Shown here: in pieces, positions 12,765 through 24,209 of the stretch
Position numbering within the stretch: position 1 is the stretch's first letter
How the letters are laid out: every line of letters starts with the position of its first letter
NCBI RefSeq assembly: GCF_011386835.1
Contig: NC_088804.1
Span: forward strand, 30,256,001-30,320,000
Source of the DNA: Chrysemys picta bellii
Lineage: Eukaryota
Length of the DNA: 64,000 bases
Direction: 5' to 3'
The notes under the pieces: generated by a model
The model's database searches: none
Seen by the model: the letters and a program-made list of their open reading frames with translations, nothing else
What the model was told of the DNA's origin: nothing
Translations under genes and position numbers: made by a program

Positions 12765-14176
12765 AGATACTAGTTGTCCTATCCTTACTACTAACAGCTT
12801 TTATTCAGGTACTTTATTTCGAGGGTATTTTTGAGACATTTCTGGGTAATAGTTCAGATGTTTATAGAGATTAGCAGGTAATGAAATCACTATGGGTAGG
12901 GTCTTCTGACATAGGTTACCCCCTGTATCCTGACAATGTACTGTGTTGACTTTCCATGAAACTATGCCAATTTATACTAGTTGAAGTTCTGACCCCCTAT
13001 TTCCAAATGTGCTCCCACAGAGAGCAGTTACTTTTGCAAATGATTAAAGATGGACCTTAACGTTCAGATTTGTTTTGCATATACGCCCTACCTGACAGAT
13101 TGGGCTTGTAATTTGAGCCTATTTCTTCAAAGGACATTTTCAGTGGGGGCAGTAAACTGGCACTTCCACTGCTGAAATATCATTTCTAGAACTCCTGTTT
13201 CTAAGTAGATGATACTTTCTGGTCCTTGTAGGAAGAAGGGGCAACACTTAGGACATTCTGTGATGGATAATAAAATGACTTCTATAGGCACTAAGGGGCA
13301 CTGGGCTATAGCTGGTTGAATAACTGATGTTTCAATTCACTGACAGTTCTGAAAAATAATAAACACAATTGTTTTATTGGAACCAAACCCAAAAATTCAG
13401 AAAAATTTCTGGTAAATTGAAAAAAAATGACCAAAAAGTCATTTATTTTCCAGGCAGTTTTTAACATAAAAGCAAAGGAAATTAAGGGCTAGATTCACAA
13501 AATGGCCAGAGGGGGGAGGTGGTGCTGCCTAACCGCTAGCTCAGTGGCTTGGATGCTCACATGGGAAAACTGAGTTCAATTTCCCCATCGTTCTGCTGTG
13601 GAGCAGCAGCATGAACTCAAGTCTCTCATGTAAGTGCTGTAACCTGGGGCTATAGAATCATTCTCATTTTCTCTCTTTGGCCCAATGACTTTTCAAGTGC
13701 TTTTGGAAATTCCCCTAGAAATCTATCTGCATATTAGGCACTGAAACACCTTTTAAAATCCAGCCACAGTCTTTAATTACATGGTCATATATTATTTTTT
13801 TCTGTAGGACTTTTAATGTTGGACTTTTTAATGCAGGTTTAGGTTTTCAAAGCAAACTTTAAAACAACAATCAAAAGTCTGTCATGTGGGATGATATCGG
13901 TACTCATGTGGTTCATCAGCAGAACTGGAACTCGTAGGCCCAGAGCATAAACCTTTGCCACTTGACCTAATGAAGTAACTTATACCAGTAATAGGTTGCC
14001 ATCTATGTGGACCAGCATTAGAAGGGGATGCAACACACACTTTGCTGTTGTAGGTTTCACAGAAATTTGAGGACAGCAGAGGAATGCTGAAACTCAGGAA
14101 TCTTAAGTTCCTGAACAGTTTCTGGAGAGGATTGTGCGTTAGAGGCCACAGACCCTTCTGCCTCTGTTCCCCCACA

Positions 14177-14648
14177 CAGGGCCATCACTAGGAGGATATG
14201 GGGCCCAGGGTGGAACTGACATCATTTCCGGGACCGACCTCGCCAGGGGCGGGTAGGAGAGGCTGGGCAAGGCGGTGCCTCCCCAAACAGCCAGGCGTGG
14301 CCCTGCCAACACTTTGCCCCCCAGGGCTCCGCTTCGGCAGCACCATTGGGATCCAGGGGGCTGGGGCCACACCACCTGTCTTCCCGGGGCTGGGGAGGCT
14401 ATGGCAGCACCACACGCTCTCCCTTCCAGCACTCCAGGACTGGGGAGGCTGCAACAGCACCACCACGTGCCACCCTCCCAGCATGCTCTCCCTTGGGTGG
14501 AAGGGGCAGGCCTGGGGGTAGTCTCCCCCAGCCAGCGGTTCCCCCGTCTCCCATGTGGTGCCAGCCAATTGCGCCGGCCCACGGGGCCCCCCAAAGTGCT
14601 GGGCCTGGAGCGGTTGCCCCGATTCGCCATCCCCTAGGGACGGCTCTG
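14177..14648. mobile_element. GC-rich hAT-like MITE
   Basis: Imperfect TIRs CAGGGCCATCACTAGG / CCTAGGGACGGCTCTG; the flanks share a near-duplicated (t)ccccca(c/a)a motif (7/8 TSD-like). Confidence 0.7.
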
Positions 14649-17600
14649 TGCCCCCAAACCTGATCCCTTCTGCCCTATCCCCTCCCATCTGTCCTAGTCT
14701 TGTATCCGATCCCCCATCCCAGATTCTCATCTCAGTCCCACCTGAGTCTCCACCCTTCTTGCCCAGCCAGTCTATCTTGCACCCTGAGGTTCCTCATCTG
14801 ATCTCAGAACCCCCTCCCACTGTGCTCAGTTCCATCCTCCTCCACACAGATCCTTGACTGATCTATCTCCCTCTTCACCCTCCCTCCCTGCTTACTGGCT
14901 CCTTGTCCAATCTGAGTCTTATTCTCCCAGGAGCTCCCAATATTAGTCTCTCCCTGCCAGACTACTTGTCCCAATCTTCTACACCTACATCCCTCACCCC
15001 AAGTCCAGATTTTGTCTCTTCTACATTTTTCAGGAGGTGTTCTCCTTCATGCTGCTGAGAACACAGGAGAGAACTCCCTAGCTCTCAGTTATGGTGCGTG
15101 GTGCAACAGAGGTCCACAGCCACCATGAAAAGCAACTTCAGGGAAAGTCCTGCTCATCTCCTGAAGCCCTGGGATGGAGCATGCTGAGTGAGTCTGTGTA
15201 TGCGCACTCTGGACAGCACAGAGGAGCTGTGAGGGGCTGGAGCATGCTCAGTGAGGATAGACCCTTCAGAGAACTTAGCTGCCAAATGCTACATATATAC
15301 TGAGCATGTGAAAACTGCAATTTTTTATGCTTATAACTTGGCCAAATTTGGATGTTTTCTGATGGGAATAGCAAAATGCACATCCCTGACACCAAGGTGA
15401 CTCCTCTTCCTTTCATGCCAGATTTCAAGTTCCTCCTCCAAAGCACTGAGCAACTCTAGTGTCTTCATGAATTGTCTATACAAATTTTTTTAATGTGGAC
15501 AAAACACATTTTCCTCCTAATCTCGTTCTCAGAAACAGCTGCACCATTTTTGCTGAAACTTTAACCAAAACTGTAGTCTGACACAGACATCCAGCATACC
15601 AAATTTTATCCCAAATACTTAAAGTCTGGCAAAGTGACTAGCAATTGGAAACATGGTGCTATAAAGGGAAATGCTGGGAAACCTGACCTATAGGAGGCAC
15701 AATCTGCCCCACCTACAATTATATTATTTTCGGTAAAATGTTAATATTAAAATAGCATGTAATTGCAGGCTGTCTTGCTGATGTTTGCTTCTAATTAGTT
15801 CATGTCTCCAGTGAACTGCTACAGATTAGGTCATAGACTTAGCCTTTCCAGGGTCATCTATTCAAGCCAAGGAGTAATTTTACCAGGTCAGACTCTCATT
15901 TTGTTTTTGTTCTTGTTTGTTTGGCTTTTGGTTTATTTTGTTCAAGAATGTTAACTGACTCTTTAGAGACTGGATTATTACTGCAGCTTTCCATAGGGGA
16001 TGGATTATGTATGTGGAGATGAAGTCCACTTATTAAATTGCTATACTTCATGATGAATAAAATGTTCCCTTCACCTCTGAATACCTCATTTGTCCTTTAC
16101 TCAATTATCCTTTCCGCAAAATTATTCTACCATCGCTGGGAAACACTTGCTTTTAGCCATGGAGTGGGATGGAACAACAAACTTTAATACTGTGACATTG
16201 GTATGTAAGGAAAAACTATTTAAGGTCAATTTTGTGGGGATTTTTTGGCTCCTGTTGATCCATGTACATTTGGACAATTAAGTCTCCTGGCTTTACAGGT
16301 TGAGGGATTCAAAAAATATTCCAATCAATTTAGTAAAAACTTGATAAAACATTCCTAGCATGGTTTTTCCTGTAATATATCTGACATATTTAGAATCCAT
16401 AATGATGGGGTCTCAACACTCATTTGGGATAACCTGCACTACTCCCTTGCAGGCTGGCCACTCATGAGTAATGCGGGATCCCAAATGAGTGCTTCTAAAA
16501 CCCCATGAAAATATCCTGCATTCCATATATTTGTACACACAGTGGGTGACAGTTGTGTTGATCTTCAGAAGGAAAGTTTTGATTTTTGTAAGTATTTCTC
16601 ACATAGGTCTATAAAAACCTAGAGACTCCAAACTTTTATTCATCTGAGGAGTCCTTTTTTTCACTTTGATAGGGGCTACTTCAGACTCATGTCGCAACCC
16701 CCATTATTCTTTCTGCTCAGCCTTGCTCAGCTTGTGACTCTAGTCATGGGAAGAAGAGCAGGAGCTACTTGTCCACTACTCCCCACTCCAAGTAAGGGGG
16801 CAGAGAGGAAGACAGAGAAGGGCTTGCATTGGGAAGAGGCCTGCCTGCACTTTCACCATTTGCTGACCAGGCTAGATGACCTGGAGCATGTGTATGTGTG
16901 TGGGAGCTGCTCCATGGAAAAAAGTGAAGTAAATTACTATTCCCCTGGGAGTAAGAGGTAGTAAGTGGGAGCAGGTGAAAAATACTGATTCTGAGTCGCA
17001 GTTCATTCAGTGATCTGCTCCTAGAGCAGTGCAGCTATGCAAAACCCCTTCTTAACAGTATAAAGGTTTGTAACACATGTTCTTCACCTCTCAAGAGCAG
17101 CTTTATGATAATTCACTATTAACTACCAATATCAGCAATAATTATGGACAGAGAAAAATTTATTTATTAAATAGTTGTAAGCCAGCTGCTCTGAAGAAGC
17201 ATATTCTTCTTTTTCTTACAATCCAAGAATTGAAATGAACTGAAAAGACTGCATTACAAATGCATTATCATTAGATGAATACAGTGTAATTTAGTGTACT
17301 CTGTTAAATGTCTTTAGATGTCAAGGCAGTTTAAATTGATGATAATTTAGTTAATTAACCAAGATTTGTCCATGTTGTAGCCATTTGACAACCAATAAGA
17401 ACTAGTAAACATATTGTGATTTGAAATCTCATCTCTTCGACTAAGGTTCTCTACAATTAGCTTTCTTCTAAATTTACAAAAATAAGGGGGCAAATGAAAA
17501 ATAAATTAAACCTGCTAAAATGTGAGTATTAAATATGTAGTATGGGTCTTTTCTTATGTGCTTTGAATTTGTTGCTGAGTTAGGAATTGATCCTGCAACC

Positions 17601-17700
17601 CTTCGTCACCTAAGGCCAGATTGTGTGTCCCTTAGTCACACTGGTGAACAAAAAGAACAGGAGTACTTGTGGCACCTTAGAAACTAGCGACTTTATTTGA

Positions 17701-17740
17701 GCATAAGCTTTCGTGGGCTAAAACCCACTTCATTGGATGC
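17701..17740 (-). ncRNA. Minimal type I hammerhead ribozyme motif of the PLE pLTR (degenerate core)
   Basis: Minus strand reads GCAT-CCAATGA-A-GTGGGT TTTA GCCCAC-GAAAGCTTA-TGC. The core CCAAUGA deviates from CUGANGA. Confidence 0.65.
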
Positions 17741-17772
17741 ATGCAGTGGAAAATACAGTAGGAAGATGTATA

Positions 17773-17959
17773 CACCTCTACCCCGATATAATGTGACCTG
17801 ATATAACACAAATTCGGATATAACGCGGTAAAGCAGTGCTCCAGGGGGGCGGGGCTGCGCACTCTGGTGGATCAAAGCAAGTTCGATATAACCCGGTTTC
17901 ACCTATAACTCAGTTAGATTTTTGGCTCCCGAGGACAGCGTTATATCGGGGTAGAGGTG
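17773..17959. mobile_element. Tc1/mariner (Tigger/pogo-like) MITE nested in the PLE pLTR
   Basis: 19-bp perfect TIR CACCTCTACCCCGATATAA / TTATATCGGGGTAGAGGTG; TA dinucleotide TSD at 17771-17772 and 17960-17961. Confidence 0.92.
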
Positions 17960-18200
17960 TATATACACAGAGAACATGAAACAATGGGTGTTACCATACA
18001 CACTACAATGAGAGTGATCAGTTAAGGTGAGCTATTACCAGCCAGAGAGAAAAAAAAAACTTTTTTTAGTGGTAATCAAAAGGGCCCATTTCCAGCAGTT
18101 GACAAGAAGGTGTGAGGAACTGTAGGGGGGCAGGAATAAACATGGGGAAATAGTTGTACTTTGTGTAATGACCCATCCACTCCCAGTCTTTATTCAAGCC

Positions 18201-19288
18201 TTATTTAATGGTGTCCAATTTGCAAATTAATTCCAATTCAGCAGTCTCTCCTTGGAGTCTATTTTTGAAGTTTTTTTGTTGTAATATTGTGACTTTTAGG
18301 TCTGTAATCGAGTGACCAGGGAGATTGAAGTGTTCTCCAACTGGTTTTTGAATGTTATAATTCTTGACATCTGATTTGTGTCCATTTATTCTTTTACATA
18401 GAGACTGTCCGGTTTGGCCAATGTACATGGCCGAGGGGCATTGCTGGCACATGATGGCATATATCACATTGGTAGATGTGCAGGTGAACGAGCCTTTGAT
18501 AGTGTGGGTGATGTGATTAGGTCCTATGATGGTGTCCTTTGAATAGATATGTGGACAGAGTTGGCAACGGGCTTTGTTGCAAGGATAGGTTCCTGGGTTA
18601 GTATTTTTGTTGTGTGGTGTGTGTGGTTGCTGGTGAGTATTTGCTTCAGGTTTGGGGGCTGTCTGTAAGCAAGGACTGGCCTGTCTCCCAAGATCTGTGA
18701 GAGTGAGGGATCGTCCTTCAGGATAGGTTGTAGATCCTTGATGATGCGCTGGAGAGGTTTTAGTTGGGGGCTGAAGGTGACGGCTAGTGGCGTTCTGTTA
18801 TTTTCTTTGTTGGGCCTGTCCTGTAGTAGGTGATTTCTGGGTATTCTTCTGGCACTGTCAATCTGTTTCTTCACTTCAGCAGGTCGGTATTGTAGTTGTA
18901 AGAATGCTTGATAGAGATCTTGTAGATGTTTGTCTCTGTCTGAGGGTTTGGAGCAAATGCGATTGTATCGTAGAGCTTGGCTGTAGACAATGGATCGATT
19001 GGTGTGGTCTGGATGAAAGCTGGAGGCATGTAGGTAAGTATAGCGGTCAGTAGGTTTCCGGTAGAGGGTGGTGTTTATGTGACCATTGCTTATTAGTATT
19101 GTAATGTCCAGGAAATGCATCTCTTGTGTGGACTGGTCCAGGCTGAGGTGGATGGTGGGGTGAAAATTGTTGAAATCATGGTGGAATTCCTCAAGGGCTT
19201 CTTTTGCATGGGTGTCATCAATGTAGCACAAATAGAGTAGGGGCATTAGGGGACGAGAGCTGAGGAAGCGTTTTTCTAAGTCAGCCAT
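18201..19288 (-). pseudogene. Disrupted PLE RT/GIY-YIG polyprotein
   Basis: See the element above. The frame is broken near the (GT)-rich stretch at ~18610-18630, and the N-terminal RT is missing. Confidence 0.9.
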
Positions 19289-21764
19289 AAAAATGTTGGC
19301 ATACTGTGGGGGTCATGCGGGTACCCATAGCAGTGCTGCTGATTTGAAGGTATACATTGTCCCCAAATGTGAAATAGTTATGGGTGAGGACATAGTTACA
19401 AAGTTCATCCACCAGGTTTGCCATGACATTATCGGGGATACTGGTGAGCAGTTTCTCATGTGAGTAGTGTGTGGGGACTTTCAGTCTAGCTCCTAAGTAG
19501 CCCTATGGATGATCATGAGACTACTATTGAGAAAAAGTTGGGGGATTGGTGGGGGAATTACACTTATTCCTTTATCTTATTTCTGTTCCCTCTTTCATAC
19601 CTTGAAAGAATGTTTGTCTCATTTGCCCAGATAAAATATACTAATTTTGCAACTCAAGGCTGGATCTAGCTTCCGTTGAAATCAGTGGGAGTTTTGCCAT
19701 TTACTTCAAATTTTGTAGGGTTTGAACATATGCTTGTATGTTTGTAAAATGCCATTCTGTTAATTGGAGAACAAATTATCCCAAGTCAATGGATATCTCA
19801 AAAAATAAGTGGTGTTTTCATAGATCAGGCTAAGAGACTGAGTTCTATTATTATCCTTTCAGGTAGTATCAGTGAGATTACTCACAACAATAAGCACTAT
19901 TACTCTCAGCAATAAACATCAAGTATTTGTAGGAGAAGGCCCTAAGGCAGAGACAGCCAAGAAAGACTGGATACTGGATAACAGCTAATGTAAAGGAGGG
20001 CGCTAGAGATTTCATTGATTAGAAACACAATATTGGAAGGATTCTTGAAAGAAGGGAATTTTAAGAGGATTTGAAAGAAGAGGCAGAAGGGTTATTTGTA
20101 GACAAAGAGAAGAGGAGTTTGAAGAGATTTTGACAAAACATCTCTCAACAGAGTGATATAATTATTGTTGTATGCTTTTCCTTTGTTTTAACCAACTGAT
20201 TTCATTGATTCCATATAACCTTTCCTTTGCTCTGCAAAAAGTGCAAAAAGATGTGTAAAATCCCTTATCTTGAAGCATCCTGGGTTGTATAATATATGAT
20301 GGCATGGGTACTGCAATAATTATACAAATTTTATAGCTAATCCTCAGTATCAATAATACCTTTGGAGAAAATAGCATTGTATACTTCATTCCCAGAGAAT
20401 AATAACAATATTAATGCAGCCCTGACACTTGGCAGCATTGCTTCCCCCCAGCCTGTGTTCACTTGGCAATCAGAATAGCAAGCACAAAAAACACACATTT
20501 CTGGCTGCAGTTCTGCTTCTACAGTGTCAGAGAGAATTTGGCATTTAATGATATGCAAAGTGTTGTTCGCATTTGATTGTAGTATACTATATATGCCTTG
20601 GAGCATGACTTAAAGTAATTTAACAACTGGAATAACAGGCATTTGGGAAGAAACTAATTTCATACGAAGGCAGATCACAGACACTAGGCTTGTTCATAAA
20701 CATGTTACCTTGTTATGCTATACAAAGTTGGATATCAAGCTAGCATGGAGAAGAAGGATGTGGGGCAACATCCCTTGGTTCAGACTAGATGAGATCCACT
20801 TGACAAAATAGCATAATTAGCTTAAATGTAAATACTGTAACTAATTTGCTTTACAGACCTGTATCTTGTCTTCAGCTTCTGTTGATACAAAGTGTGGATA
20901 AAATAACTGGCCTGAGCCTTTTCATAACTTTTAAAAACTTATTAAGGGACATTTTAGTGGATGTGAAAGAGGTCAAGTTGACATCCCTAGGGAAAGGAGT
21001 GCTCTGTTTATCCATAAAACAAGTACAGCAAGATCGGTGGAAGCAATGCAGCACCAATTTCCAGAAAACAAACACTGCATTAGAGTGCCAGTGTAAGCAG
21101 TGTGTACTTCTCAAAATGTCCCACCAGTGTGCTTCAACCTGGAGCAGGAGGGAGCATCACTAAGAGAGTGAGCGTGTAATTGTATTGTCTCCAGAAAGTA
21201 TCATAAGTAGTATCCTCAAAATGTGTGAATAAATTCAGTTAAGCATCCGGAGTTTGATGCTTATTCCCACTGACTCAGACCAATGAAGTCTTTAAGATAC
21301 ATCAATCACTAATTAAGATAAAATCCAAAATTTTCCTCAGACTACTCTAGTGATAGTATTTAAATGCCATTTTTTTTCTCTTTCATACCTCACAGTTATG
21401 TCACACAAGCTTAGAGGTTTCTGAGTTAAATGTATTTTACAAATACAAATTATTTGCACTACTTCAGCAGCTTTCACCCAGGAAATTAAAGTGCTTTACC
21501 AACCGTAATGAAGTAAGGCTCACGAGACCCTTGTGAGGGAAGAAAGGGATAGCAAAGGATCACTTTGTCTCACCACTAGGATGAAACGAGGCAGCACCAC
21601 ATGGCAGTGTAGAGAAGGAAGTGAAGAAGAATACCATATCCAGCTAAACAGCAGGCGAATGTAGACAGGCAGGATGTAATTGTCCAAACTGGAATGTAGT
21701 TGGGACACTGGCATTAACATCTCTACTCTTTTTTTATGGGATATTTAAGAACTACAACATGAAA

Positions 21765-21965
21765 GGCATAGAACTTGGAGTCAGGAGACCTATGCTCCGT
21801 TCTACTCCTACCACAGTCTTCCTGAGTGACCTTGAGCAAGTCACTTAACTCCTCTGTAGCTTTTTCCTATCTTTAAAATGTGGATAAAAATTCTTAACTA
21901 ACTCATGTGAAGTTTAATTCATTCATGTTTGTAAAGTACTTTGAACTCTTCAGATGCTATAGATA
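21765..21965 (+). mobile_element. MIR-like SINE
   Basis: 'gagtcaggagacct...gtgaccttgagcaagtcacttaactcctctgt...ctttaaaatgtggataa' matches the MIR core pattern. Confidence 0.65.
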
Positions 21966-23300
21966 TACAAACTAATATTATCTTGTGCAACTAATAGCAC
22001 ACTTTCACCAGCAGATCACCCTTTATAACACTATGCTGGGAAACTAGTTCAGCATGGACCCAGAGACAAGAATCCAACCTACTGTTCATATACCCACTTT
22101 GCAGGATCTCGGGGAAAGGAACAATATCGTGCCTTAGTTGGAGTAGCAAGGAAGGTGGAGAGATGATCTTGATGATCTAAAATGTCTTTCGCTTTTGATG
22201 AGCGTGTGTGTCTGGATTTGTTACACTTTTCCCCCCTAATTGCTGGAAATTATGCAAAGTTAAGGCTGTAGATACTGTCTTTTGTAGAATACTATGTATC
22301 TTATTGCCATACTGATACTACTTTTCAGTTTTTTTTCTAAACTGCATGACAATATAGTCTAAAAGATGTGCTAAGATATGTGGATCTTGCATTACATTGT
22401 GTATGTAATTGTGGTGCCATTTTTGGTTAATATTAATTAAGTTCTATGGGACAACTATCCTGAAACACAAGAATTCAATAGTATAATGAAATTCATATAG
22501 AACAACATGCCCAAGCTCATTTGAGACTGCTTTGTCATATTCCCTTCAGTTAAAAATTATATCTATTGAGGAATGTCTTGGGTGATATTATAGATGAATG
22601 CATAGATGAATTCACACTTAAAAATGGAGTCGCATTTCAGCCCCAGTGACAAATGTCTGATTTGTGCTTTTGGAAATCTTTTTGCACATCTTGAAATCCC
22701 ACATATTCTTGAGCATTTTAACAGCTTATCTCAGATCAAAAGAACATTTAAAAAAAAAAAACTAAACATCAAAGATGTTTTTTAAGAGTTTGCAAATTTC
22801 TTCTTGCTTCAATATCCTAGAATATGGACACTACTTTTGAGAATGGTGGATTGTCTGCTAAAAAGAATATCTTTTCAGTCACTTAAACATCGGCTCTACT
22901 GGTAATTTCTATCTTTGTACATTAAATTAGCTTCTCTATTTCTTCATCAGAGCGTCTAGATGATAGGCTGCAATAAAAAAGTATATTGAATATAATTATA
23001 GTAATTTAGACAAAAAGTGTTATTTCCGTAAAAATTAACATTAGGTTAAAAAAATCCCAGTATGATTTTCAATTATAAAAAAGCAATGAAATTCACTAGA
23101 TGAAAAGTATATCAAAACAAAAATGTACCGGAGAAATCTTCAAAAGGAAGAAAATGAACAAGTAAGTATTAAACATCTATGGCAGGATTCTGCTCTTACA
23201 TCTCATGCTGTTCATGATAACTAAACACATGGAGGCATCCATGTAACGTTACTAGTACGCTGTTTCAAAAGAGTTAAATCTCTTTGTTGAAGTGTGTGGG

Positions 23301-24209
23301 TGTCGGTGACTGGCCCTGAACAAAGTAGTTCCAGCTCCCCTGTGCCAGAGCAGGTCCCCACATTTGGTCAATTAAGATGACTGAGCAGCACCTGGGTGCT
23401 ATGAAGGATCAAAGATAAGAAGAAGAGCAGACCCAACAAATGAGAGAGAGAGAGAGAGAGATCCACTGAGTCAGAGCAGGCTGAGTCAGGAAGGGCAGTT
23501 GAGAGCTGCTAGAGACCAGGAGATTGGAGGAATCCCAGAAAGAAGCAGAATGTGGTTCCTGGAGAAGGCTGAAGGCAGGAGAGCAGCAGATGGGTTTGCT
23601 GGCCAGTGTCCCCAAACCACAAAGCCAGGATTGGAGGGCGAGAGAGGACTGAAGACAGGAGGAACAGCAGAGGGAGTTGCCTAGTGGCTTTAACTTGGAA
23701 AGTTGGAGCCACAGGCGAAAGGCAGGAGAGGAGAGGAGGAGTTTACCTGCTGATATATCCAGGGCCAGAGAACTGGATCCCGAGGAAACATAAGAGGTCC
23801 GGGCAGTGGGGGAGTGAGGGATGCTCCCCAGAAGAAATGGTAGAATGAGTGAAATTGCAATCCAGCTGGGTTGACTGTCCTGCTACAAAGACAGGAAGGA
23901 GCTACTCTTGAGAACCAGGGAGCGTCCCAAATCTGTGCTGGTGAGCCCAGTTGTGGTGAGGGATGCCAGGACTGCATGTTGTATGTACTATTTGGATTAT
24001 ATAGGAGGAACTCTGGACTATGGTGTTGGAGCTCGTTATGTGCCCAGGGGGCTTTCTTTTGTAATAAATTACCCCGCAAAGGGCTATTGGCTCTCAGAAA
24101 GACTCTTTGCACTAGTTCTGGGGACTCTGAAGAAGAGACACTGAGGCAGGCATGCCTATCATACCACGGTCTACAGAGGAAGACACTCCAGGTGGGCAGT
24201 GCTGTGATA
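23301..24209 (+). mobile_element. Solo LTR (909 bp)
   Basis: Starts TGTCGG and ends GTGATA (decayed TG...CA); 5-bp TSD GTGGG at 23296-23300 and 24210-24214; AATAAA at ~24064; purine-rich U3-like body with an internal (GA)n. Confidence 0.8.

Larger units (their letters stand above)
11806..12866 (+). repeat. Dispersed ~100-bp direct repeat pair (11806-11913 and 12765-12866)
   Basis: agatattagttgtcctgtccttactactagcagc...gagacatttctgagtaatagttcagatatttata vs agatactagttgtcctatccttactactaacagc...gagacatttctgggtaatagttcagatgtttata. Confidence 0.9.
17650..19445 (-). mobile_element. 5'-truncated Penelope-like retroelement (RT C-terminus + GIY-YIG endonuclease + pLTR)
   Basis: ORF 18524-19288: 'YIDD', 'TLYRKPTD...YLHASSFHP...SIVYSQALRYNRICS' (PLE RT thumb/linker). 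ORF 18201-18467: 'IYAIMCQQCPSAMYIGQTG...RINGHK...EHFNLPGH' (GIY-YIG). The two ORFs are in different frames, so the copy is frameshifted. Confidence 0.95.

Noticed and set aside
14139-14857. Several 100-180 aa overlapping ORFs
   Set aside because: They lie in a GC-rich MITE with TIRs and are open in many frames on both strands, which indicates a compositional artefact.
20846-21163. Overlapping 105-aa (+) and 80-aa (-) ORFs in unique sequence
   Set aside because: No recognisable domain and no convincing donor; more likely conserved non-coding or chance.
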